Shown: positions 1 through 11,434 of the stretch, in pieces | Layout of the letters: the number at the start of each line of letters is the position of its first letter | How positions within the stretch are numbered: the stretch's first letter is position 1 | Assembly (NCBI RefSeq): GCF_001194135.2 | Contig: NC_068981.1 | Coordinates: forward strand, 94,607,366-94,645,165 | DNA length: 37,800 nt | Origin: Octopus bimaculoides | Taxonomy: Eukaryota | Direction of reading: 5' to 3' | Notes under the pieces: generated by a model | Told to the model about the DNA's origin: nothing | The model's input: only the letters and a program-made list of their open reading frames with translations | Database searches by the model: none | Made by a program: the position numbers and the translations under genes

Positions 1-270
1 TCATCCATATATAAAAGGTGGCTGACTGTTTTTCCGTAACATTTGTATCCGCATCCAGTTCTATTTAGCAATTCAGTTAAAGGTGTGAGTGCTAGGCAGA
101 ACAGGAGCGGAGAGAGCGTGTCTCCCTGGAATATTCCTCTTCTAAAGGGATGGCTTTGGTTTTCACAAGTCCCTCTTTTGTTTGGAGCTGTAGCACTGTC
201 TGCCATTTCTTCATGGAGTGCCTTATGTATTTTATAATAATTGGTGCCACCTTGTTTATTGCTAGTGTAT
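1..270 (-). mobile_element. R4/Dong-like (RLE) non-LTR retrotransposon RT fragment, running off the window edge
   Basis: Minus strand reads TLAINKVAPIIIKYIRHSMKKWQTVLQLQTKEGLVKTKAIP, then after a frameshift RRGIFQGDTLSPLLFCLALTPLTELLNRTGCGYKCYGKTVSHLLYMD. The GIFQGD.LSP and HLLYMDD motifs are typical of R4/Dong RTs. Confidence 0.85.
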
Positions 271-274
271 AGCT

Positions 275-537
275 GATTATCCCGACTGCTTGGAGTGCCT
301 CAGCAGGTGCCTCTCTCCTCCTCAACTCATCCGGTTCATAAACGTATGTTCAGAGTAGGCCCATTCACACGGGCCATCCTAGCCACATTCACCCACCTTT
401 CAGCAAAAATACTGCGGAGCAGTACTTCCCTCTCCACTCTCACTTTTCTTTTCAAGTAGAGCTTTAAAAAGTCGATGAGGGGTAGGCCAAAGAGGAAGGT
501 ATTTGTTTTCAGTTCTTTCAATCTCGCCCACCACAAA
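275..537 (-). mobile_element. L1/Tx1-like LINE, ORF2 C-terminus and short 3' UTR (5'-truncated)
   Basis: ORF 336-536 (WWARLKELKTNTFLFGLPLIDFLKLYLKRKVRVEREVL...FAERWVNVARM) resembles a Tx1-type ORF2 C-terminus. Family call by recognition only. Confidence 0.6.
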
Positions 538-540
538 TAA

Positions 541-657
541 TTCCTACTATAAGCACGAAACCTGCAACGTGGGAGGAGAGAGTCGATTTCATTGAGCCAA
601 CACTTATTTACTTATTTTGAAAGGCAAAGTCGATTTCGACTGAATTCGAACTCAGAA
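541..657 (-). mobile_element. SINE family A fragment (internally deleted)
   Basis: Shares the ctactata..., gaaaggcaaagtcga and gaactcagaa blocks with the fuller copies at 7726-7944 and 25977-26181. Confidence 0.7.
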
Positions 658-686
658 ATAATAATAGTGGTCATCCCTTATACACG

Positions 687-687
<1 letters not shown>

Positions 688-739
<52 letters not shown>

Positions 740-1481
740 NNNNNNNNNNNNNNNNNNNNNNNNNNNNNNNNNNNNNNNNNNNNNNNNNNNNNNNNNNNNN
801 NNNNNNNNNNNNNNNNNNNNNNNNNNNNNNNNNNNNNNNNNNNNNNNNNNNNNNNNNNNNNNNNNNNNNNNNNNNNNNNNNNNNNNNNNNNNNNNNNNNN
901 NNNNNNNNNNNNNNNNNNNNNNNNNNNNNNNNNNNNNNNNNNNNNNNNNNNNNNNNNNNNNNNNNNNNNNNNNNNNNNNNNNNNNNNNNNNNNNNNNNNN
1001 NNNNNNNNNNNNNNNNNNNNNNNNNNNNNNNNNNNNNNNNNNNNNNNNNNNNNNNNNNNNNNNNNNNNNNNNNNNNNNNNNNNNNNNNNNNNNNNNNNNN
1101 NNNNNNNNNNNNNNNNNNNNNNNNNNNNNNNNNNNNNNNNNNNNNNNNNNNNNNNNNNNNNNNNNNNNNNNNNNNNNNNNNNNNNNNNNNNNNNNNNNNN
1201 NNNNNNNNNNNNNNNNNNNNNNNNNNNNNNNNNNNNNNNNNNNNNNNNNNNNNNNNNNNNNNNNNNNNNNNNNNNNNNNNNNNNNNNNNNNNNNNNNNNN
1301 NNNNNNNNNNNNNNNNNNNNNNNNNNNNNNNNNNNNNNNNNNNNNNNNNNNNNNNNNNNNNNNNNNNNNNNNNNNNNNNNNNNNNNNNNNNNNNNNACAG
1401 TGTTGGAACTCTTTTAAACAAAATAATATATTCCTCTATACACAATCATACAACCCCCCCCTTTTTCTATTTATTTTTACT

Positions 1482-1566
<85 letters not shown>

Positions 1567-1597
1567 GTATGTATATAGATAGATAGATAGATAGATA
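688..1597. repeat. (TA)n, assembly gap 740-1396, then a (TA)n/(GT)n/(GATA)n compound microsatellite at ~1485-1597
   Basis: Seen directly. Confidence 0.95.
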
Positions 1598-1712
1598 AGT
1601 ACGAGTTTCATTTCAGAAGTTTCAAGACTTATTAGGTGAGGCAGTTATAACTGTCGTAGACGATTGCAATTTTAGTACATCATTACTGTATATACAATAA
1701 GCCGACCTGTCA

Positions 1713-2038
1713 ATCAGTGAAAAAGAGAACACCTACGCTGAACTATGGAGAAATCTGCAGTTACTCTATCCAGATTACAAGTTCAGGTTTATACCTGTAA
1801 TTATTGGGGCCCTGGAATATGTAACACACTGCCTAAATAACAATCTTGAAGAATTAGGCTTCTCAAAAGCAGAAAGGAGAAAGCTAATTCGAAGACTACA
1901 GATCCAATCCATCACAGGAACTGTAAAAATCTGTAAAACTTTCCAGAAGTTTATCATTTAGATATATATGAGCATGTCAAGATATGTACCTATATGCATG
2001 AGAATACATACAAACAACATACAAATCTGCACATACAT

Positions 2039-2085
<47 letters not shown>

Positions 2086-2118
2086 TACATACATACATAC
2101 AAACAAAATTACCCTGTT
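1713..2118 (+). mobile_element. R4/Dong-like LINE family 1, 3' portion (RLE C-terminus plus partial 3' UTR with internal (CATA)n)
   Basis: Open frame 1713-1961 with no ATG: ISEKENTYAELWRNLQLLYPDYKFRFIPVIIGALEYVTHCLNNNLEELGFSKAERRKLIRRLQIQSITGTVKICKTFQKFII*. The IPVIIGAL motif is typical of the RLE-domain C-terminus. The UTR matches 3857-4095 and 15997-16331. Confidence 0.85.
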
Positions 2119-2140
2119 TTTAAATGGTTTAAAAAATTAC

Positions 2141-2324
2141 CATAGGCTTTGTAAATAAATATTTTGCTGACTTTTCATAGCGAGTGATATATATGTATAC
2201 AGGTTATTTAGAGTCATATTTTTATTCATATAACCCCATACTTCATTTTCGCTTGGCAAAAGCTGACATGACAAACAATACAATTCATTATTAGAAATAT
2301 TTTCATATAACCAGTTTGTAAGTT
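2141..2324 (-). CDS. Candidate internal coding exon of an unknown host protein, possibly Death-fold-like
   Basis: Acceptor ccctgaacttttcAG|aa and donor tg|GTAATT bracket 184 open nt (phase 1 to phase 2): (E)LTNWLYENISNNELYCLSCQLLPSENEVWGYMNKNMTLNNLYTYISLAMKSQQNIYLQSL(W/C). An in-frame stop follows immediately in the intron. No TE motif recognised. Confidence 0.5.
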
Positions 2325-2640
2325 CTGAAAAGTTCAGGGGTAAATTTTCTCGCATATATTTACTCTTGTCAAATCAAATATTGAAATAGTCCTTCCGCTG
2401 GCGATTATGTATTGGTTTTCATTGAAAGAATATGTCTTATATGGCGTTTTGCTAAACTCACTAAAAAAATTTCATAGCCAATAATAATTTCAAATAGAAT
2501 TCGCCAAAATGAGTGTTAAGCAGTCATTTATATTCCTCCCCCAAAAAGAAGCAAATTAATTCCTCCCACAGAAGAAGCAAATTACTTCAAACACCAATAA
2601 AATAAATTGAAATATTATTTAACCAATACATTGAATTTGG

Positions 2641-2861
2641 CCCCAGTCCCGCTCCATTAGGCCGGAGCTTACCCTAGTTTCTGTAGCGTTTCATTGACTG
2701 AGTAAATGAGGCTCGCCCTTGAACGGGATACTAGTCCCTTGCAGAGTTACCTTCATCAGAGTGAACTAGAGCATCATGAGAAAAATTTACTACCCTGTCC
2801 AAGAAGCGTTAAGCGCTGATCGTTAGACCGATACCCTAACTACTGAGCCACGTTCCTTCAC
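2641..2861 (-). mobile_element. Old tRNA-derived SINE remnant
   Basis: Reverse complement begins gtgaaggaacgtggctcagtagttaggg (A-box-like tRNA head), followed by a degenerate SINE body. Confidence 0.5.
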
Positions 2862-3009
2862 AAAATAATATGTACATAAACTAATTACTGACGACCAATT
2901 GAATACCAAGCCGTGAATCAAATTACTAGCATTTTGCTTAGATTTAGACTTTCGTATGGATTGGAAGCAAGCTTCAGTTGTGCACGCGTTAAAAAATTCT
3001 AATATAATA

Positions 3010-3373
3010 ATCCTTTCTACTATAGGTACAAGGCCTGAGATTTTGGGGGAGGGGACAGTCGATTAGCTCGATCCCAGTACGCAATTAATACTTATTTTAT
3101 CGGCCCCGAAAGGATGAAAGGCAAAGTTGACCTCGGCGGAATTTGAACTCAGAATGTATGGTTTCAAATGTTGGCACACAAGGCCAGCAATTTCAGGGAG
3201 GTGTAAGTCGATTACATGGACCCCAGAGTTCAACTGGTACTTATTTTATCGACCCCGAAAGGGTGAAAAGTAAAGTTGACTTTCGCAAAATTTCAACTAA
3301 CACCATAAAGACGGTTAACATGCTGCTAAGCATTTTGTCCAGTGTGCTAACGATTCTGCCAGCTCGTCTCCTT
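3010..3373 (-). mobile_element. Two adjacent partial SINE family A copies (3010-3154, 3171-3373)
   Basis: Both carry gtcgatta...ccccag...tacttattttatcg...gaaaggcaaagttgac. The second extends to the tRNA-like head (rc of ctgccagctcg). Confidence 0.85.
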
Positions 3374-3436
3374 AAATTCTTATATAACAATATTTGTATC
3401 TTCGGATAAACTCTAGTCGTTTTGTTCTTTGTAAAG

Positions 3437-3692
3437 CAGAGGTTCTCAAGCATTTTTCTTCCTACGGACTCCTTTGATTCTTCTTTTACACTACGAAACC
3501 ACCATGGTCATTTCAATTTTTAAAAAAATACCGTTATATTCTTATAATTAAATATTATTAGGAAATGTATAAAACAAATTGAAATATCTTGTACTTTGTA
3601 AAAGTATAACTGATTTATTGCACATAGTTTTTCACAACAAAATTTTATATGGACCCCACAAGGGCAATCTGGACCCTGGTTGAGAACCATTC
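3437..3692. mobile_element. hAT/Charlie-type MITE
   Basis: Termini cagaggttctcaa (3437-3449) and ttgagaacca (3680-3689) match the Charlie-type CAGTGGTTCTCAA TIR. Left flank ttgtaaag fits NTNTANAN; the right TSD is not recognisable. Confidence 0.65.
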
Positions 3693-3694
3693 AT

Positions 3695-3759
3695 CAACCC
3701 ATCCATCGATCTATCCGTCCATCCACCCATCTATCCATCCATCTATACATACATGCATG

Positions 3760-3791
<32 letters not shown>

Positions 3792-4137
3792 CATACATAC
3801 ATGCATGCATACATGCATACATACGTACATACATACATACATACTTACATACATACATGAGCATGTCTTGATATGCAACTATATGCATGAGAATACATAC
3901 ATAAAACAAAACATACAACTCTGCACATATACATACATACGTACATACATACATACATACATACATACATGCATGCATACATACATACATACCTTGTTGT
4001 TGATGTTGAAATTCCAATGAAGGAGCCTTGGATCTAGGTTAGAAACCGGTTCTTTCTCTATTGGCAAGAAATCTTGAAATAAAACTGAACAATGACATAC
4101 ATAGTTACATACATATAGATATATAAATATATGTATG

Positions 4138-4206
<69 letters not shown>

Positions 4207-4306
4207 NNNNNNNNNNNNNNNNNNNNNNNNNNNNNNNNNNNNNNNNNNNNNNNNNNNNNNNNNNNNNNNNNNNNNNNNNNNNNNNNNNNNNNNNNNNNNN
4301 NNNNNN

Positions 4307-4372
<66 letters not shown>
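3695..4372. repeat. (CCAT)n/(CATA)n arrays and (GT)n with a gap at 4207-4306
   Basis: Seen directly. Confidence 0.9.
3857..4095 (+). mobile_element. R4/Dong-like family 1, 3' UTR-only copy embedded in (CATA)n
   Basis: atgagcatgtc...atgcatgagaatacatac...(CATA)n...ttgttgatgttgaaattccaatg...gaaataaaactgaacaatga matches 1967-2118 and the rc of 15997-16200. Confidence 0.8.
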
Positions 4373-4375
<3 letters not shown>

Positions 4376-4494
4376 TATCTTTTTGCTGATTGGAATTTTA
4401 GATTGTAAGTCTGACTGTATATATGTATTCATGTGTATATACATGTGTGTATGTCTGTTGAAGTATGTGAAAGTGAGTGTGTGTAATTTATAGC

Positions 4495-4659
4495 CAATAT
4501 GCCCAGTACACCCCACCATCATTCACGAGCAACTAGAGCTTGGTAACATGAACGAGTGCCATAATTCAGCGAATTGCTTCGGATGCCTATATAGTCACTG
4601 GCAGACAAACACACCACCTGGCGTTGCATCCCAGTGGTGACAATTGGGGATGGAGAGAA

Positions 4660-4700
<41 letters not shown>

Positions 4701-5945
4701 ACGGAGGGAAGGTGATAGTTGCATCAGTGCCCGATTGTTGTTTATTTATAGTTGATTTGACTACCATAACTTTGATAACTTTGACAGCTTTCGGCCAGTA
4801 TAGGCCCAGGCCATGTCGAACTTAATAGCACCACCTGGTGAAGTCTTTTAGTTATATATGGGGCACCATAGCCCACTCTAGCAAAGAGTTATTATTATTG
4901 TTGGAGACGTATCCAGGTGTAGGAGGTTGGTCCGGGATTTTTTGAAGAAATTTGTCCAATGCACATTTGAATTTTATGGGATCCGTTTCCGTTTTGACGC
5001 ATTTTGGTATGGTATTAAAGAGAGCTGGACCGGTTGAGCTAAAATAATTGTGACTTAATGTTCCTATGTGTACCGGATTAGAATTTTGTAGTGGGCAGAT
5101 AGCAGGGGTGGATAGCAGGGGCGTCAAGTCTTGGATGGATTTTAAAATTGATGCCAACATCATTTGTGCAATGTTGATGGAATATTTTCCACATAACACA
5201 AATGTTGTAGCGCTCCCGGCGGCGTTGGAGAGAGTAGAGATTGAATTTTTTTTAGTCGATCCCAATAATCAATGCCTCTCATGCCGTCTATCATTCTTGT
5301 CATTGACCTATGGAGTGCTTCTACTTTCATATTGAGTTGCTTCGTATGGGGAGACCACAGTGGGAAACAGTATTCAAGGTGGCGTTGGCCAAATGTACCG
5401 TAGAGAAGGATGATGGTGTAGGCATCTCTAGATCGAAAAGTTCTCAGAATCCAGGAACACGTCTTGCGGGCCAAGTCAACCTTGCTGCTTACGTGGAAAT
5501 TCTAGTTTAGATTGTTATCAACAATTACTCCAAGGTCTCTGGTTTTGTTGAATGATACTAGGAAGTCGCCCGAGGGAAGAGCATATGGTAATTTCAGAGT
5601 TTCCACTTTTCCAAAGTGGATCAAATCAAACTTATCTTCATTTAAAAGCATATTGTTTTTTTCTGCCCATTAGACAATAGCAAACAGATCTGACTGAAGG
5701 CATGTTCGGTCTCCCATGCCGTTTATGGCTTTCTGGAATTTGGAATCATCTGCATAAATTTTCAATGTAGAATGTTTGATGACATTTACTACGTCGTTGA
5801 TGTAAATAATGAAGAGGAGAGGGCCCAACACAGTACCTTGTGAGACACCACTACTGATTTTGGTTGAGCTGGATCGTATTCCCTCAAACACAAGACGAGA
5901 ATAAATACAATCCACCACCTGGCCCAGGGACTGCAACTTCTGATC
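4495..5945 (-). mobile_element. CR1-type LINE, 5'-truncated and decayed (RT to 3' end)
   Basis: SSGVSQGTVLGPLLFIIYINDV...KIYADDSK (5670-5969), RHLEYCFPLWSPH (5160-5474) and GPALFNTIPKCVK...FKCALDKFLQKIPDQP (4852-5265), with stops and frameshifts. The 3' UTR limit below 4852 is uncertain. Confidence 0.9.
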
Positions 5946-6214
5946 GTGAGAGAACACCGTTATCTCCACTATGTTACTTCCGTTATTTATTTCATTGATC
6001 TTGGAAGTATGAAAGACAAAATTGAGCTGAGTAGAATTTCAACTCAAATATTAATTTTTCTAAAATATGTGCAGGACATCAAATTTGGGATTAGACTGAT
6101 CCAAGTACTCAACTGGAACGATATGATTGAGTCTGGAAGATGAAATGTAAGGATTAAAAAGACTAAAAGAAATGGTGGCCTTGACAAAATTTGAACCCAG
6201 AGATTGATTTCTAA

Positions 6215-6435
6215 CACAAGGCGTAAAACTACGAATTTGGTAGGGGTGAGGAGTGGGCTAATTACTGAAATTGACCGCAGTCCTCTTTTTGACTGCTGCT
6301 ATATTTTTATTGATATTTGAAGGGGGGAAAGGCTAACACTACCCGTTGTGGGGTTTGAACCTAGAACCAAAAGGGCCATTATCATATACTTGTAAGGCAG
6401 TTTGTCTGCTGCTGTAACAATCCTACCAATTCACT
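6215..6435 (-). mobile_element. Highly diverged SINE family A copy
   Basis: Block order matches family A (attgaccgcagt, tttgaacctagaacc, taacaatcctaccaattca) at low identity. Confidence 0.5.
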
Positions 6436-7725
6436 ATTCTGACTCAAACACAGAAATAAACGAAGTATAAGGGTTAAGTGCCCACATTGCAAAATATACA
6501 CATACATACACATGTCGCCACACACACACACAGACACACACACACACACACACACGGAGTATTATGTACACAGTTGTACAAATACGTAGTTCTCAAACAA
6601 ATTCAGTATGACACTAAAAAAATCTGATCTTTTTGAATAGCAGAGGCAGTCCATTCAACAGGCTGCCACACTGTTTCTGCCAAACAAATTTCACTCACAT
6701 GGCTTGGCGTGACAGAGCGTTACATTAAAAACCACCAAGAAATGATACTGGATCCAAGACAACATGATTGCAAAGCAAAAGTCTTAGCGAGTCAACTAAA
6801 TAAGTATGTAAAATAATACAAATGCTTATTTAACCACAGTCGTACACGGATACGTACACATCTGATATGTTTAGAAATAGGCTTGATAATAAAGTGAATT
6901 AAATCCCAATGTAAAATGGAGGTTCAGTTCCTGGAAGGATCGAATAAGTTCAGTTGTCACGTAAAGTGAGACATATTACAGGTCGCTTTGTTCTTAGAGT
7001 AAAGAAACGACAGGTTAAGTGCTGTTGTCTTTTTAGTTGTATTCTAATAAATTATGGAGAAATTAAAGTGAAAGATTGACAAAAGTGATGGGATAAGTGA
7101 GGTAAAAAAATCGAAATGAGAGGTGATGTGAGAAAGTTCAAAAGTCAGGGGAATGAGCTGAACAAAGGGGGAGGAAGCAAGAATTGGAGAGGGAAAACAT
7201 TATGTACCGAGAGCGTGTGACTAAGAACAACGCTACACACAGACACTTATCAAAAATTAAGTAAAGGGAAATCATAGAAAATTCTAAATGTTTAGAAGGA
7301 GTGCGAGGGAAAATAAACGAAGAGGCAAGAGCTTACCTCTGTTTAAAAATTGGACGTAAACCATTTTTCGATCAGATAAGTTCGTTCATCTTTGTATCCG
7401 AACATGACAAACTATAAAAAGCGTGACAGTTGTGATGTAACAGTAGACACAACATCACGATAACTTAGTTAAATTACTATTCATTAAAAAGATCTTTATC
7501 AAATCTTTCTGCGAAAACATGCACAACTGACAACACTAATAATAGACAAAATTACAGTGACTTAGTCAATATGCTATTCATTAAGCAATTGTAATCAGAT
7601 CTACTCTATTATCTGACAATTAGATGGACTCTTCTCAGCAAATGTATAAGACATCAATGTTTGTTTTGGTTCAGAACATATAAACATATAAACAGAACAT
7701 ATAAAATATTCATTACGCTATTTAG

Positions 7726-7944
7726 ATACTCTTTTCTACTCTAAGCACTAGGCCCGAAATTTTGGGGGAGGGCGACAGTCGATTAGATCGACCCCAGTAC
7801 GCAACTGGTACTTAATTTATCGACTCCGAAAGGACGAAAGACAAAGTTGACCTCGGCAAAATTTGAACTCAGAACGTAAAGACAGACGAAATACCGCTAA
7901 GCATTTCGCCCAGCGTGCTAACGTTCCTGCCAGCTCACCACCTT
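7726..7944 (-). mobile_element. SINE family A, near full length
   Basis: Reverse complement starts aaggtggtgagctggcagga (A box) and contains gttctgagttcaaatt (B box). Confidence 0.9.
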
Positions 7945-8080
7945 ACGCTCTCTAAATATTATTTAAAATTAAGCAAGTATATATATATGTATATATATAT
8001 ATATGGTTGAAATTTACAGAAAAACAAAATACGAAGACAGGTGTATGTGTGTGTAGATAGATAGATAGATAGATAGATAG

Positions 8081-8265
8081 ATATTACCAACTACATATAT
8101 TTAAAGTATATGGGTCGTGTATTTGTCGGTAGGCTCCGATTTGGCGTGGTGGGCAATACTCCCTCAAAGCGCCGGGTGTTGAGGAAGCATTTTCCACCTC
8201 GCCAAATCGCAGCCAACCAGCAAACACACAAAGAGTATACGTTAAGTATGTATAGTTGATAATAT
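8081..8265. mobile_element. Palindromic MITE-like element (~185 bp, ~85-bp imperfect arms)
   Basis: gatttggcgtggtgggcaatactccctcaa pairs with ttgaggaagcattttccacctcgccaaatc at 25/30. Pairing extends outward to atattaccaacta / tagttgataatat. Confidence 0.75.
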
Positions 8266-8297
8266 TTATAACACTGGCGCTGCTTCTATTTAATATT

Positions 8298-9290
8298 TGA
8301 ATATATATAGGAAATAATGGCATAACAAGGTACCAATTTTGCTGGAAATAACAGTGACGACAATCGTTCGACGCTAGGAAAAGCTTCATTGGATGAATAG
8401 AGGCAAAGATGTGTACGGGCAGCGAATATCAAAAAATTTGCTTCTTACCTCTAGAAAGAACGCCAGAGAAATGGACATCCTAGTACTCGAGTTTCGAACT
8501 TTTCAGAATACGTTTGTTATCGTAAAGCTGATTGATCCTCGTCACCTAGGTCCACCAAAGATACTAAATTTAAAATATCTGCTATATCAATGCCTGTATA
8601 CTCGGTCAATGGCCCCAGCTATAAATAGGAGCGAAATCAGTGAAAAAGTTTTATACAAAAATATAAATATTATTACAATACAATAATATTATTTTCCAGC
8701 AAAATAAAGCACCGTAAAGATAGAATTATAAACAGGAAATAGTGGCACGACAAGGTATCAATTTCTGCTGGAAATAGCTGTCGATAATTGTTCGGCGCTA
8801 GGTAAAGCCTCACTGAATGTATAGCGGTAAAGATGTGTGCAGGCAACGAATATAAAAAGTTTTCATCTTACCTCTAGGAAGAATGCCAGAGAAATGGAAA
8901 CCCAAGTACAAGGGCTATTGGCCAAGTATACAGGCATTGATGTAGCGGATATTTTAAATTTAGTCTTTTTGGTGTACCTAGCTGACGAGGACCAATCAGT
9001 TTTACGATAACAAACGTATTCTGAAAAGTTCGAAACTCGAGTACCTGGTTGTCCATTTCTCTGACGTTCTTCTTAAAGGAAAGACGAATTTTTTTAATAT
9101 TCGCCGGCCGCACACATCTTTGCTTCTATACGTTAGTGAAGCTTTCTCTAGCATCGAACTATTCTCGACTGCTATTTCTTGCAAAAATTGGTACCTTGTT
9201 GTGCCACTATTTTCTATTTATAATTCTACCTTTACGGTGCTTTATTTCGCTGGAAAATAATATTATTGTATTGTAATAGTATATATATTA
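8298..9290. repeat. 425-bp-unit repeat: 1.4 direct units plus one inverted unit (foldback)
   Basis: ggaaataatggcataacaaggtacc at 8310 recurs as ggaaatagtggcacgacaaggtatc at 8735. The segment 8905-9290 is the rc of the unit, with an exact 44-nt inverted match between 8483-8526 and 9001-9044. Confidence 0.9.
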
Positions 9291-9319
9291 ATAATAAATA
9301 ATATATATATACGCATATA

Positions 9320-9766
9320 TGGGTACAGGACCTCACGAACTGTGTAAACAGCATGAAGTACGTAGACAAACGAGTTAAACACGTAAACGACGAGAGAAAA
9401 AAATGGAAAACAGGACAAGTAAACACAGAGAAACGACCCTTCATCAGTTGTCGGCTGTCTATCTACTCCTCATTTCGAGCATTCACACGACAATATGAAT
9501 CTTCAGAGACAGTTACTCCCATAAATTCTAAAATAAAATTTAGGATTTATGGAGGGTCAAAGTTGGGCACAAAAACAGGACATTGGAGACATACAAGGAA
9601 ACCGAACGAAAACAAACATGGAGGGTTGTTAGACAAGAACGAGTGGAAAATAGTGAACGTTGGGAGAAATATTTTTTTGAAAAGAGAAAAGAGAGAAGAG
9701 AGAGAAAAAACGTCCAGTCTTTTGAACGTCCGTGAAGGAAAAGAAAGATGATCACATGAGGAAAGG
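9320..9766 (-). mobile_element. Interspersed repeat, possibly a Penelope-like pLTR/UTR segment, cut by the gap at 9767-9927
   Basis: Recognised as a recurrent octopus repeat (gggtacaggac...acgacccttcatcagttgtcggctg...). No coding motif visible; classification is inference. Confidence 0.4.
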
Positions 9767-10689
9767 NNNNNNNNNNNNNNNNNNNNNNNNNNNNNNNNNN
9801 NNNNNNNNNNNNNNNNNNNNNNNNNNNNNNNNNNNNNNNNNNNNNNNNNNNNNNNNNNNNNNNNNNNNNNNNNNNNNNNNNNNNNNNNNNNNNNNNNNNN
9901 NNNNNNNNNNNNNNNNNNNNNNNNNNNATATATAATTTCTTCTAACATTTATGCATTTATTCTGTATAAATGTGTATGTATGGTTGCGCCTAAGTATTTG
10001 TTTACTGTTGACACACTAAAGTCGCTGCAGCATAATATTCACAAAAACCTTTGCCCTTAAAGTCAGCATCTATCTACCCTAAATCCCCACTTTTTCCCAT
10101 CTCCTTTTTCTTTATTCTTTACCACTTTATACGATTCCCCACTCCCAAAAATTGATCACTTCCCTTACTTTTCTTGCTGACTAACCATTTTGTTTTTTCG
10201 GGCATTTGTTTTCTTGAAGCATATATTTTCTTAATTTTTTAACTTGGGATTCCCAAGCGACAATGTAACCTTCCCATAACTAAGGTATCTTTGGTTTGAT
10301 GAGTAGCTAGCCGAGTACACCTCGTTGAGTAATTATTGCATCAGAGGATCTGCTAACTAGGAAACATATGTAGCCTGAATTTTACCTGTTTCACTCCCAG
10401 AAATTTGTTTTTTTATTCGCATTCATAGCAACTCTAGTTGCTAACCGTGACTTATATGGGAAATGCCTACAATCATCAATGTCAGTAAATTATTATTGTT
10501 CCTAAACGTTTTGTTTTTTCATATCCGTAACAGACCGCTTAAAGATTACAATCTTCCCGCTCTTACATTCTTGGATCTTACAATTACATATCCATATATT
10601 CTTTTAATCGCTTCCGTCATACAACTGCAGTCATGCTGGAGCAACATCTCGAATGGTATTTAGCCAATGAAATCGCCTGCAGTACATAT

Positions 10690-10925
10690 TTTCAGACTTG
10701 AACTTATTCTATTGGATCTTTTTGCCAGCTGTTAAGTTACGGTGATTTAAACAAACTCACACCGGTTATGAAGCAGTGGAAGACAAACAAACATGCACAC
10801 GTACGTGTATATACAAACATATAATGATGGGTTTCCACACAGTTTCTGTCGATCAAATCCAAGACAGTGGGATCAAATCTACGTAGGGACGAAGCGAATT
10901 ACTTAAACACACAACTATGCCACCG
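10690..10925 (-). mobile_element. Diverged, deleted SINE family B copy
   Basis: cttattctattggatctttttgcc...gctgttaagttacgg and cagtttctgtcgatcaaatcc match family B blocks. Confidence 0.65.
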
Positions 10926-11001
10926 CGCATACACAAATATACACACGCATACACACATACACACACATACATATATGAATATGTATATACATATATATTT
11001 A

Positions 11002-11055
<54 letters not shown>

Positions 11056-11372
11056 GGTATATGTATGTATATGTGTGTATGTACGCGCATATATATGTAC
11101 GTGTATATATATATATATATATATATATNNNNNNNNNNNNNNNNNNNNNNNNNNNNNNNNNNNNNNNNNNNNNNNNNNNNNNNNNNNNNNNNNNNNNNNN
11201 NNNNNNNNNNNNNNNNNNNNNNNNNNNNNNNNNNNNNNNNNNNNNNNNNNNNNNNNNNNNNNNNNNNNNNNNNNNNNNNNNNNNNNNNNNNNNNNNNNNN
11301 NNNNNNNNNNNNNNNNNNNNNNNNNNNNNNNNNNNNNNNNNNNNNNNNNNNNNNNNNNNNNNNNNNNNNNNN

Positions 11373-11415
<43 letters not shown>

Positions 11416-11434
11416 TACCAAAGTAAGCACAGAA

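Noticed and set aside
2532-2584. 27-bp tandem duplication (similar small ones at ~7672-7705 and ~37040-37075)
   Set aside because: Ordinary slippage duplications with no sign of function.
8298-9290. CRISPR array or prokaryotic system
   Set aside because: The repeat unit is 425 bp with no spacers or cas genes, and the context is eukaryotic.
9430-9520. CUGAUGA/CUGAAGA and GAAA motifs on the minus strand as a hammerhead ribozyme
   Set aside because: Stems II and III do not form in the required order.
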